From Octopus sinensis (Eukaryota), in contig NC_042999.1 in the NCBI RefSeq assembly GCF_006345805.1, positions 163,494,001 to 163,558,000 on the forward strand: 64,000 bases of DNA, read 5' to 3'. This document shows, piece by piece, positions 23,931 to 35,717 of the stretch. The notes beneath the pieces were generated by a model. It was given only the letters and a program-made list of their open reading frames with translations, was not told the origin of the DNA and did not search any database. The position numbers were made by a program, and so were the translations under genes. Every line of letters starts with the position of its first letter. The first letter of the stretch is position 1.

Positions 23931-26900
23931 CTCTCTGTGTCTGAAATCACCCCACCCTCTTACAATGACCATAATGCTTATACTCACAATGGATGAACTT
24001 GCTTCCTCTCTGTCTGAAATCACCCCCACCTACCCCCTTACAGTGACCATAATGGTTATACTCACAATGTTGCTAACACCTAATCCTACCTCTTGTAGGA
24101 GCTACGATCTTAATCCTAACACACTTGAATGTTTGAGTGATGTCAGGACATAAAATCGAACACGACAACCTCCCACTTTTCAGGCACAGAATAACATTTC
24201 TCTTCTCCAAGCCTCATCCCACATTCCTTTCCCAGTTTTTAGAGTTGGCACAGTCAGTGTAGGCACACTGACATGTAGGTCTAGTGAGATTGTAGAAATG
24301 CTGAAAGGAGACGTGTCAGTGTATGCTGCATACAAGAGGTAAGATGGAGAGGAGCTTCAGTTAGGGTCCTCACAGGCAAGGCAGATAGGTACAAAATCTT
24401 CAGGCAAGGTAACACAGATGTAGTGGAGGGTGTAGGCATACTCCTTGTGGAGAAATGGGTAGATAAAGTCATAGACATTGTTAGGGTATGTGATAGAGTG
24501 CTTAAACTTAGTCTAGTCCTGCAGAATAGCACAGCTACAATTATCTCTGCCTACGCCCCACAAGTGGGCCTACCAAATGATTGGAAGGACCATTTTTATG
24601 ATACCCTTCTACAGGCTACCTCAAAGATGAGTGGCAATGACCTCATCTTTGCGGCTGGAGATTTTAATGGGCATGTTGAGCGGCAATCTGGTATCTTCAT
24701 TGGTGTACACGAGGACCATGGTATTAGTTCCTAAAACGATGAGGGAACTAGGCTCCTAGAGTTCTGTGATGCATGTAACCTTTTAACCTGCAACACTAAC
24801 TTCAGGAAACCAGACAGCCACCTGAAAACCTATCAATCAAGTGACTCTGCTTGCCAGATTGATTTAATCCTCACCATACAGTGGGACGCAGGGTTGCTCT
24901 TAAACACTAAGACCCTTTCAGGTGAAAAATGTACCCTTCAGCATAGGCTAGTCATTAGTGACTTTAGGCTCGAGGCCAGAAGGATACCAAGTAGCAGACC
25001 AATCCAATAAAGAAGGATTTGGAAGCTAATGAACCCTTCACATGGTCAGAGATTTAGGGACATCTTCATCAAGAAATTTGATGAGAGGGAGGAGGAGCTA
25101 CAGACATCGGACATAGAAGGTAGCTGGAAATTCCTACTGGACAGCTTGCTGAGTGCCATAGACCAAGTCTGCAGATGTTGCAAAGTCCCTTCCAGACCTA
25201 GAGTTATGTGGTGGTGGAATAGTATGGTAGACAAAGCCGTTAGAGCAAAGAAACAGACCTGGAAAGCCTGGAAGGGTGGGGGTAGCAGGGAACTGTATCA
25301 GGTAGCCAAAAGGGAGGCTGGGCGGCAAGTATACCATAGTCATGGGTGAAGCAGAAAAGAAGAAGTTTGCCGATGTCCAGCGACGTGAGGACCAAAGAAC
25401 TGAGGTATTTCAGATTGCAAGACAGTGTGTGAGAGAAAATTGTGATGTCACAGGAGAGAAATGTGTCCACATGGATGATGGTGTACTAGCTGTTAATGAT
25501 TTGGAAATGAAAGAGGCTTAGAGAAGCCACTATGAAAGACTGCTAAATGTGGAGATTGAACGAGAAGAGGAGAGCCTGCCAAATGTTGACCCTGTAGAAG
25601 GACCGGTTATCCGTATAGATAGCTCCCTAGTAGTTAAGGCAATAAAGGGTATGAAGCCAGGCAAAGCCCCCGGCCCATCAGGAATCACTGCTGAGATGCT
25701 TTAAACATCTGGTTGTGTGGGCTATGGCCTAGTCACCCGCATTGTAAACTAGGTAGTTCATGATGGAGTCATACCCAATGACTGGCGTAGCAGCACCATA
25801 GTCAACTGCTACAAGGGTAAAGGTGATGCTCTAGATAGAAATAACTACAGGGGTATCAAACTACTGGATCAGGTGATGAAGGTCACGGAGAGGGTGATAG
25901 CCCATCTCATCAGGGAGAGAGTCTGCTTAGGTGAGATGCAGTTCGGTTTTGTGCAGGGTAGAAGCACCACTGATGCCATATTCCTGGTACAGCAACTGCA
26001 GGAGAAATACCTAGCCAAAGATAAACCCCTATACTTAGCTTTTGTGGACTTGAAGAAAGCCTTTGACAGGGTCCCCCGATCCCTTATCTGGTGAGCGATG
26101 TGGAAACTGGGAATTGATGAATGATTAATAAGGGCTGTACAGGCCCTATACAGAGAGGCCATTAGTAAGGTTAGGATTGGCAATTAATGAAGAATTCCGG
26201 GTAGAAGTAGGGGCCCACCAAGGATCAGCCCTCAGTCCCCTTTTATTCATCATAGACCTCCAGGCAATAAGAAAGGAATTCAAGATGGGTTGCCCTTGGG
26301 AACTCCTCTATGCCAATGACCTGGCCCTCATAGCAGAATCACTACCAGAACTAGAGAAGAAATTTCGGGTGTGGAAGCAAGGTTTAGAATCAAAAGGCCT
26401 TAGAAGACCAAAGTTCTAGTAAGTAGGAAGGCGAACACATCACACACCCCATCATGTAGGTGGCCCTGCTCAATGTGTAGAAAAGGTGTAGGTAGAAATT
26501 CCATAAGATGTAGCCAGCGTAAGCTATGGAAACATAAGAAGTGCAGGAACATCAAAGGAAGACTAACCAAGAAGATAGCTTTCGTGTGCAGCAGATGCAC
26601 AGGGGCTGTAAACACCGCAGATGCTCAGAAAACAGATTCTATCACACTCCAGGGAGAGAAACTAGAAGTAGTTGATAGCTTCTGCTACCTAGGTGACCAA
26701 GTTAGTAGTGGAGGTGGATGCTCAGTGAGTGTTACCACTAGAATAAGAATAGCCTGGGCAAAGTTTAGAAAGCTTCTTCCCCTACTGGCGACAAAGGGTC
26801 TCTTGCTCAGAGTGAAAGGTAGATTGTATGATGCATGTGTGCGAACTGCTGTGCTTCACGGCAGTGAAACATGGGCCGTGACTGCGGAGGACATGCGTAG

Positions 26901-27700
26901 GCTCAAAAGAAATGAAGCTAGCATGATCTGCTGGATGTGTAATGTCAGTGTGCACACACGACAGTATAAGCGCCCTGAGAGAAATGTTGGACATAAGAAG
27001 CATAGGATGTGGCATGCAAGAGAGATGTTTGCCTTGGTACTATGGATGGATGAGGAGAGCTGTGTGAAGAAGTGCCACTCCCAAACAGTTGAAGGAATCC
27101 GGGGTAGAGGTAGACCCAGGAAGACATGGGATGAGGAGGTCAAGCATGACCTTCGAACGTTGGGCTTCACAGAGGCAATGATGAATGACAGAGACTTCTG
27201 GAGATATGCTGTGACTGCGAAGACCCAACAAATAAAGTGAGTTTACGTCTGTATCCTACACCAGTTTCGCATAACCAGCCCGAATCCATTCAAAAGTACC
27301 TTTGATTGTAGGGCAACCTGTTGTGCTTGAGGGGACTTATTGAGTCAAGTACTTTAACATCAAAATGAAAATCAAATGGAAATCGTAGTTGTGATACCTG
27401 TGCCGGTGGCATGTAAAAAGCAGCATCCAAACATGGCAGCACCATCTTGACTGGCTTCCATGCACGTAAAAAGCACCAACTGATTGTCGCTGTTGCCAGC
27501 CTCCTCTGGCCCCTGTGCTGGTGGGACATAAAAAGCATCCACTACACTCACGGAGTGGTTGGCGTTAGGAAGGGCATCCAGCTGTAGAAACACTGCTAGA
27601 TCAGACTGTAGCCTGGTGCAGCCTCCTGGCTTCCCAGACCCCAGTCAAACCGTCCAACCCATGCTAGAAGGGAAAACGGACGTTAAACGATGATGATGAT
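23930..27700 (+). mobile_element. Near-full-length RTE-clade LINE (APE endonuclease plus RT), inactivated
   Basis: AYAPQVG, AGDFNGHV, NNYRGIKLL, QFGF..GRSTTDAIF, DLKKAFDRV, HQGSALSP and LLYANDL motifs. The 3'UTR ends in (GAT)n. Many stops and frameshifts; 5' boundary uncertain. Confidence 0.92.
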
Positions 27701-27979
27701 ATATGTATAATAAAATTCATTGCAGTAATTAGGTAGTAATTTTTTCCTTTTTAACCTGATTGCATTTCATCTTATTGCTCTACTTTACACATCTCCTTAC
27801 TGATGTTCAACCTTCATTTAAGTCCCATGTCTTGCTAGCATTTTCCCCACATGCATGCCATAAGTATACTTACTTACGCACATACACTAGAATTTATGCT
27901 ACAATGATATCAACCAATGTAAAACACTATTTTAAAAATAGCGTACTCGAAAAGTATATATATGTATGTGTGTGTGTAA

Positions 27980-28077
27980 GGCGAAGGTAAAGAATACGTG
28001 CATCCGGTGGTTAGGGTGTTTTAGGGTAAGGGTTTTTGTTTTGCAGAAAACTGGTGTGCGTTTTCTTTACCTCTGCC
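27980..28077. mobile_element. Tiny MITE with ~19-bp imperfect TIRs and internal TTAGGG
   Basis: GGCGAAGGTAAAGAATACG versus the reverse complement GGCAGAGGTAAAGAAAACG. Confidence 0.5.
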
Positions 28078-28079
28078 CA

Positions 28080-28174
28080 TATATATATATATTATATATA
28101 TATTATATATATAATATATATATATATTATATATATATATACATATTAATATATATATATATATATACATATTA

Positions 28175-28209
<35 letters not shown>

Positions 28210-28280
28210 TATATATATATATATAACATATTATATATATATATATACATATATATATAATATATTATATATATATATAC

Positions 28281-28311
<31 letters not shown>

Positions 28312-28414
28312 ATATATATACATATTATATATATATATAATATATATACATATTATATATATATATATTACATATATATATATATAATATATATACATAT
28401 ATATATATATATAT

Positions 28415-28448
<34 letters not shown>

Positions 28449-28460
28449 TAAACACACACA
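28080..28460. repeat. Long interrupted (TA)n microsatellite (others at 995-1208, 6960-7145, 28890-29020, 29150-29400, 36400-36660, 38400-38640)
   Basis: Direct reading. Confidence 0.95.
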
Positions 28461-28519
28461 TAAAACATACAAGTTCAACTTCCATACTAATACGATTTCG
28501 ACTTTCCTTAGCAACTTAC

Positions 28520-28591
28520 TTTGTTATTAATATCTTCATCTGTTAATGGGGTCCAAGCACTTTTAACTCTGTTTTTCGCTATTTTTGACAT
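28520..28591 (-). CDS. FBXO16: F-box only protein 16 orthologue, first coding exon (MSKIAKNRVKSAWTPLTDEDINNK)
   Basis: ATG at 28591, 72 nt, phase-0 end at a GTAAGT donor (28519-28514). Joined to the exon at 20026-20061 it reads SAWTPLTDEDINNK-LFEERKSLINKW, matching the human FBXO16 N-terminus as I recall it (STWTPLNHQLLNDR-VFEERRALLGKW). Not in the ORF track. Confidence 0.8.
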
Positions 28592-28896
28592 ATCTATGCA
28601 ATTTTGTATATGCAAACGTCTTTTTTGACCCACAGAAACGTTTGCTCTAAATAAAATTAAATCGTTTATGCATTGTTTCTACTTAACAAGCAGGGCACCT
28701 GGTCGCCATTAGTAAACTTAGTTCTAACTACCAATGACAACAATAGAACTGAATTTATTTAAGTAACTGTATTTCCGTATATATACTCAAAATATTAGAA
28801 ACATTATATATGAAAATTATATATTATTGTTAGAATTAATTTTATAATTTTCTCATGCTACTACAAACGAAAGATCGCCATAAAGGCGAATAATAT

Positions 28897-28940
<44 letters not shown>

Positions 28941-28961
28941 ATATATATATTATATATTATA

Positions 28962-29010
<49 letters not shown>

Positions 29011-29234
29011 TATATATATATATTTAAATTTTTTAAATTTTATTTTTACGACCAGGCTATCAGATGTTGCTACACATCGCTGGTCACCATGCGCTTCGCA
29101 TTGTTTTAGCCTTCAAATGACACCACCCCGCTGGCTAAGCGAGCAGGCTATATATATATGCATATATATATATATATGCATATATATTTACATATATATA
29201 TATATATATGTATATATACATGTAAAAATATATA

Positions 29235-29289
<55 letters not shown>

Positions 29290-29600
29290 CGCATATATAT
29301 ATATATATGCGTATATCTATCTATCTATCTATATATATATATATGTATATATGCACATATGCATATATATATATATATATTACATGCATACACACACGCA
29401 CACGTCATTTAGCAACAGGATATTTTATTCCGAAGAGGTTTAAATGTGTTTTGATTTATGATGAATTATTTTATAGCATTAATTAATTTTTAATAAGTAA
29501 TTATATATTTTTTCTTCTCTTTCGCCTCAACTCTCGTTTCTGCGTGTTTCTGCGGTACACGATCCACCGGGTAGAGGCCCAACATGGCCGTGTGATGATG
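28592..29600. promoter_or_regulatory. Probable bidirectional promoter region between FBXO16 and staufen
   Basis: Divergent gene starts about 1 kb apart. ATGGCG/ATGGCCG motifs on opposite strands (28704-28710 minus, 29581-29590 plus). AAAGATCGCCA occurs at 28870-28880 and again at 29811-29821. Confidence 0.5.
29048..29148 (-). mobile_element. C2 SINE tail fragment
   Basis: Matches 33675-33770. Confidence 0.8.
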
Positions 29601-29753
29601 TATTTGGTATTTTCTTTACTGTTTGCCAAACATTTTAGTTTCTAAAAGGTAGCCCAATACAATTTTTAAAAAAATCTGTGGTGTAAATATTTACAGAAAA
29701 AAACAAAGGTTATTCCATCGTCTTCTGCAATGAAACCATTAGCCAGAAAGAGG
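29550..29753 (+). other. stau: Putative first, mostly non-coding exon of staufen
   Basis: CpG-enriched non-repeat sequence, YY1-like AACATGGCCG at 29581-29590 and a strong donor G|GTAAGT at 29754. The link to staufen and the 5' boundary are inference. Confidence 0.45.
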
Positions 29754-30578
29754 GTAAGTCGAATGCTATTACTTAATTTGTTCTGGCATCGAGTGGCGTA
29801 GAAAGACGGCAAAGATCGCCACTAAAAAAAATATTGGCATCATATACTCATCGTTGTATTCTTATGACAAGCTTTTCATGCTAATTTTCTCTTCCATTTT
29901 CTCTCTGAATCATTCGTAATTGTTGGTGACATAATTCTGCAATTTGCTCGATTCTTACTTCGCCACTGTACACCCCCCCCCTCGTTGATTACGAAATTCC
30001 ACATTTTTTCTAAAAATTGTTCTCTGTTACTGATGTTCTTCTTTGGAAATTTATTCTCGTCTGTGCTGTTGCAATTATTACAGTTAATCTTACCCTATTT
30101 CTCTCTCTCTCTCTCAAGTATTGTGCTGTTATGCTTCTGTGTTACCCATTTTGACAATTATTTTAATGTATGTCCCACAAGAACATTGTGGGACATATCT
30201 TTTGATAACATTAAAATACGGAGAAAATGAAATTCCCTAGTCTCTAGCCAATATCTGTACCCTATCTTTATTGCGTCAACGTTAGGTAAAAGCAATAATA
30301 ATTAATTGCGAAGAAAGAAAAGTTGAAATATTGAACGCATAATCTGAATTAGTCCAAGTCAAGAAAATGTTGTGCTTGATAGGCTGACATTAATATGCTT
30401 TATAAAGGTCGAGTCGTGGAATACACTGAATTCTACTTATAATCGACCGTGTGTGTAGGTGGATTAAATAACTGCCTCACCCCACCCGCCGCCGGCTTTG
30501 TTTCTCCACAGCATTCTTTAATAAGAGAACTTGTTTTACCATTATATATATATATATATATATATATATACGTATATA

Positions 30579-30803
30579 TATTTCTTTACTACCCACAAGG
30601 GGCTAAACACAGGGAGGACAAACAAGGACAGACAAAAGGGATTAAGTCGACTACATCGACCCCAGTGCGTAACTGGTACTTAATTTATCAACCCCGAAAG
30701 GATGAAAGGCAAAGTCGACCTCGGCGGAATTTGAACTCGGAACACGACGAAATACGGCTACGAATTTCGTCCGGCGTGCTAACGTTTCTACCAGCTCGCC
30801 GCC
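30579..30803 (-). mobile_element. SINE family B
   Basis: Collinear with 13579-13808, TATATACGTATATA flanks. Confidence 0.9.
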
Positions 30804-30909
30804 TTATATACGTATATAATTTGACTTTTAAGTCGCTCCCAGCCCTCTAAAAGATATACATGCACATACGTGCGCGCATATATAATTTTACTAGAAAAGG
30901 AGCGATAGT

Positions 30910-31324
30910 GGATCCTTTAGGTTTGAACGGCAGTTTTTTTAAAATAATTTCCACCTAACTAAACACTTTTAAACTTTGTATACTGGTAGAATGTGTTTAT
31001 AAAACATCTTTTCCTCTTGGCTTTATTGAGAAAATTCTATAGTTTGTAAGATATTTGTTGTTCTTTTTCTTTAATTTCTGCAATTTCAACCAATCAATGA
31101 CGTCTATTGAGGTGAAAACATTATGTGCCGTATGAATATGTCCCTCATTTAAGAAACAGATTGGGTTTATTTACATTTGTGAAGAAAAAAAGATACCCTT
31201 CCCCCACCCCTAACCCTAACCCTAAAACATTGAAATGCAATAGATCGATACTAGGGTCATAATTATGAGTGACAATTTCATATGACACTGCTAGAAAAAA
31301 CTGCCGTTCAAACCGAAAAGATCC
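30910..31324. mobile_element. MITE with ~30-bp TIRs, 8(-9)-bp TSD and internal (CCCTAA)3
   Basis: GGATCCTTTAGGTTTGAACGGCAGTTTTTT pairs with AAAAAACTGCCGTTCAAACCGAAAAGATCC. TSD GCGATAGT(G). Confidence 0.85.
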
Positions 31325-31819
31325 GCGATAGTGACTTCGAAGTTTAGGCTTGCTAATCTTTGCCCGACTTAGGTTAAGTAAGCCGAATCTTCAGTGTTAA
31401 TATCACTCCTCTTCTTGTAACAGTATATAATATGTACTCTAATATGTATTGATTAATTCTTCATTTTAATGTTGAATTACTTTTATTATAACTTTTCATA
31501 TAAACAAACATTATTGTTGACGTCATAAGAATTTATAAGCTTCTGAGTAAACGTGGAATAATTCTTTTTTGGAATTGGTTCCCGAAGTACAGATAAGGGT
31601 ATAAATAATAGCGCATGCAAAATATTGGTTTGAAAACCCTTTTTGGATACAGCAAGAGCTGTATGTTGTTGACGTCATTGAGAATCTATAAACTTTCAAG
31701 AGAAAGTGCAATAATTCTTGAAGTACAAATATAGCTATAAAATAATAGCATGTGTATATACATACATACATACGTGTGTGTATATATACATATATATATG
31801 CCCCCTTTGCCCCCCACAG

Positions 31820-32210
31820 AAATAGCGTTCGTAATACTTTTTTTCGTTCGGCTTAACAGCCCTTCTTGTCTTGTTATTTTCCTTGTCCTGTCTTTTACTG
31901 CTTATATTTTGTACTGTCGTTACTGTCTTGTTTTTGTTACCATTTTTACCCCTCTGCAAAAAGATCTTAAATTTTATTTGATTTGCTTTTCGCAGGAAGG
32001 AAAGTTTCTATTGAAGATACGTCTCGCCTTCACCTTCAAAACGTAGAGTAGATGAAACCATGGCGACTGAAGAAGGGGATTTTTCCTTGTGTTATTTGTC
32101 CTGTACTCTATATTTTCTTTGTTGTTTAAGAAAAATGTCCAGTTCCTTGGGTTTGTGTCTATGTTTTCGTTTCTCATTGCGTTCGACGTTTTTTTTGGTG
32201 TCCTGTACTC
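31820..32210 (+). mobile_element. Family E copy
   Basis: Collinear with 23690-23930. Confidence 0.6.
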
Positions 32211-32339
32211 ATATATGCGTGTATATATACATGTAGAGGTAGGTACGTACATATATGTATATATATATATGCATATGTTTTATTTATTAATATATATATC
32301 TTTTATATTGGGTTTAGCTAGAGGTTGAGGCCATGCTGG

Positions 32340-33130
32340 GACATTACCTTCCAGTGTGATTGGGTTGCTTTTCTTTACAGTTTCTGAAGTAGCGTGTCGG
32401 ACGGAGCTGCTCTTTGTGCCTCTCCTCACGATGTTTGTTCACACTCTCTTTGAAAACCTCCATATTTACACTTCGCATACCTCTGAGGCTGTATGGCAGA
32501 ATGTTGAAAAGTATTGACCCTTGAAATCTAAGCTGTTACAATTCTGGGTTTTTACTCTAGACAGAGAAGACGAGATTTTTGGTACTATGCAGTGCCGTAT
32601 AGTCCGGTGGTTAGTATAATTTTCAGTTCCAAAGTTGGGATCTAGACTTTCCAGTATCTTCCATATCTTTGTCACTGTATATCTCTTCAACTCCCTTAGC
32701 TTCTCCTGGTAGCTCATTTGTGTCATCTCTTTGCTCTGGGTTATTTCTGGATGCTTTTGTTTTGTCATTGGTTTGTTTTTTGTTTACTTTTTCAGCCCCC
32801 TCAGTCAAGTCTGTTTTGGCTTAGTCCTTTTGAGAGCTCACTGGGCCTGGATGACTTGCTCCTTTTCACAATCTGCATTTTTCTTGTCCCTCTTGCTGTA
32901 ATCGTTTTCCAGAATGGCATTCCTATATGTTGATATTTGGTCTCACAAGGGCATAAGAATGGGAGAACTTGAGTTTCTTTTGCTTTATCTGGGTTGTTGT
33001 TCTATAGTGTTACTGCGATAATGTTTGCAGGTATCCTTCTACAATTTTTCAAGCTCAAGGAAACAATTGCAGTTCCTTGGCTCTCCAATTTCACATCTTT
33101 GCTGTATATGCCTTCAGGGAAAAAGTAGAA
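32340..33130 (-). mobile_element. CR1/L2-group LINE 3' fragment
   Basis: MSYQEKLRELKRY..KIWKILESLDPNF resembles L.Y.ERL..L..YSLERRR..WKILEG.VPN. Confidence 0.65.
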
Positions 33131-33424
33131 AAAATAGAAGTATAAGAATGTATAGATATGCGTGTGCATGTATGCACGCACACATTCATATGTATACACA
33201 TAGGGAGGGAGAGAGCTATATAAGTATATACTTGTGTATATAGATCTATGTATATGAAAATATGTATGTATATATATAGATATATGTATGTGTGTATGTA
33301 TTGGCTGTACAGTAAGTAGCTTGCTTCCCAACCACATTATTCCAGGTTCAGTCCCACTGTGTGGTACCTTGGGCAAGCTACTTACCACACAGTCACATCT
33401 GTGCCTATATATATGTATATATAA

Positions 33425-33640
33425 TTTATTTAAAAGCAGCAAAAATATCACAAAAACTGTTACTCAGAGTTTCACGTGTCGTTCGTCAGACAGTTTGTTT
33501 AGGATGAAACAAAAATAAGGTTATAAGCAAACATATACAATTAATTTAATGGATACACATTTGAAAATGGTTTTGTTTCATTGGTCCTTTCAACTAACGG
33601 TCTTTACAATGACCGGTTGCATGCAATGAACAAATTTCGG
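33425..33640 (-). mobile_element. Orphan 3' terminus of the same Penelope-like family as 35718-35960
   Basis: Collinear similarity to 35718-35960. Carries the intact hammerhead. Confidence 0.75.
33454..33496 (-). ncRNA. Type I hammerhead ribozyme, consensus-perfect
   Basis: Minus strand reads AAACTGT-CTGACGA-ACG/ACA/CGT-GAAAC-TCTGAGT-A-ACAGTTT. This gives a 7-bp stem I, an intact core, stems II and III, and a GUA cleavage triplet, followed by AATAAA. Confidence 0.85.
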
Positions 33641-33666
33641 TATATATGTATATATATGTGTGTGTA

Positions 33667-33932
33667 TATCACGTGACCGACCAGACCATCAGATGTTGCT
33701 ACACATCGCTGGTCACAATTAGTTTTAGCCTTCGAATGACGCCACCCCGCTGGCTAAGCGAGCAGGCCAACAGAAGAAAGAGTGGTGAAAGAGTACAGCA
33801 GGGATCACCACCCCCTGCCGGAGCTTCGTGGAGCTCTTAGGTGTTTTCGCTCAATAAACACTCAACACCCAGTCTGGGAATCGAAACCGCGATCCTACGA
33901 CCGCGATTCAGCTGCCCTAATCACTAGGCCAT
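33667..33932 (-). mobile_element. SINE with family C head but a different 3' tail (C2)
   Basis: The 5' ~150 bp matches family C. The tail matches 29048-29148 and 51485-51600. Confidence 0.85.
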
Positions 33933-33960
33933 GTGTGTGTATATATAATATATAAATATA

Positions 33961-34002
<42 letters not shown>

Positions 34003-34039
34003 TGTGCATACCTACACATATATGTATATATACATGTAT

Positions 34040-35070
34040 ATATAAGGGTACAGGACATCAAAAAGCATTGAACACAATGAGAAACAAAAACATACAAATG
34101 AATTTTTTTTAGACAACGCAAAAAACAAACAGAGAAATGAGACATACAATATAAAGAATATTCCTTTTCTTCAGTTGTCCCTGTTTCAACTACTCCACAA
34201 ATTCGAAGGCAAGGATTAGACGTGACTTCATTGAAACAGTCCTTCCCGCAAAGCTAATTAAATAAAGTTTGGGATTTTTTGCGGAAGGTGAAAGTGGTAA
34301 CTAGAACAGGACTGGGAGAACAAAACAGTAAAAACAATAAAAAAGTAAAAACAGTAAAAGACAGAACAATGAGAACAAAATAGTAAAAACAAACGATGAG
34401 GGTTGTTAAGCCAAGACGATGGAAAAATTATTCTGAATGTTTAAGGAGATGAGCTTATGAAGAGACAGGATAAGCCCGTTTAGTCTTTATGAAGGTAGTA
34501 GTCGGAAAGATAGATTCCCTCTCGCCATGTGTCATCGACGAGAGCGTCGAGGAGGGGTGAGAGACGGAGAGAACGGTGAAGGGGAGACGAGAAGAATAGG
34601 GAAGTGTGGGAGAAAAAACCAGAAAGGATGAAGAACAAAAGGGGGAGAGAGATAGCAAAGAAGAGTTTGCATCATAATTGTTAAGATAAAACTTACTTGG
34701 AAAAAGATGCGTGGCGTTCGATCATATAATAATATAAATATATGCATATATACATACACGTATGTACATACCTACATACATATGTATATATACATGCATA
34801 TATGGGTACAGAACATCAAAAAAACCTTGAACATAATGAGAAACGAAAACATAAAAACAAAAACATAGAAACAAACCTTTTTTCGGACAACAAAAAAAAA
34901 CAAACAGAGAAACAAGACATACAACATAAGGAATGTTCCCCTTCTTCAGTTGTCCCTGTTTCAAATACTCCACATTTCGAAGGCAAGGACAAGATGCGAC
35001 TTTGTTGAAATAGTCCTTCCCACAAAGCAAATTAAATAAAATTTGGGATTTTTTGCGGAGAGTGAAAGTG
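34040..35070 (-). mobile_element. Two tandem family E copies separated by microsatellite
   Basis: Both share GCTTTGCGGGAAGGACT...ACAACTGAAGAA on the minus strand. Confidence 0.65.
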
Positions 35071-35266
35071 GTAATATATATGCAAATATGTGTGTGTACA
35101 TATATATGTATGTATAAATGTGTATATATATATATGTATGTATATATACATGTGTGTGTGTGTGTATATGTGTATGTATATACATGTTTATATATATATA
35201 TACGTATGTATGTATGTATATATATATATACACATATTTATATCTGTATGTTTATATGTATACATA

Positions 35267-35671
35267 TGGAAGTTGTAGCTTTGATACCAGTGCCGGTGGC
35301 ACATAAGAGAACCGTCCGAACGTGGCCGCTGCCAGTGCCGCTCCGACTGGCCTCTGTGCTGGTGGCATGTAAAAAGCACCATCCGATTGTGGCCGTTGCC
35401 AGCCTCGTCAGGCCCCCGTGCCGGTGGCACGTAAAAAGCACCATCTGATCGCCGCCGTTTGCCAGCCTCATCTGGCACCTGTGCAGGTGGCATGTAAAAA
35501 GCACCCAGTACACTCACGGAGTGGTTGGCATTAGGAAGGGCATCCAGCTGTAGAAACACTGCCAGATCAGACTGGGCCTGGCGCAGCCTACTGGTTCCCC
35601 AGACCTCAATTGAACCATCCAACCCATGCTAGCATGGAAAAACGGACGTTAAACGTTGATGATGATGATGA
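35267..35671 (+). mobile_element. Orphan RTE 3'UTR with about four hairpin units
   Basis: Same module. Confidence 0.85.
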
Positions 35672-35717
35672 TAGATAGATAGATAGATAGATACACGCAC
35701 ACACACACACACGCATA

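Noticed and set aside
23930-24200. HDV-like ribozyme in the RTE 5' region
   Set aside because: I found only a ~77-bp tandem duplication, and no double-pseudoknot could be fitted by eye.
29404-29417. RFX X-box for FBXO16 (GTCATTTAGCAAC)
   Set aside because: Only the 3' half matches well, which is too weak without conservation data.
31490-31740. Imperfect ~160-bp duplication (TTGTTGACGTCAT...)
   Set aside because: Too diverged and featureless to interpret.
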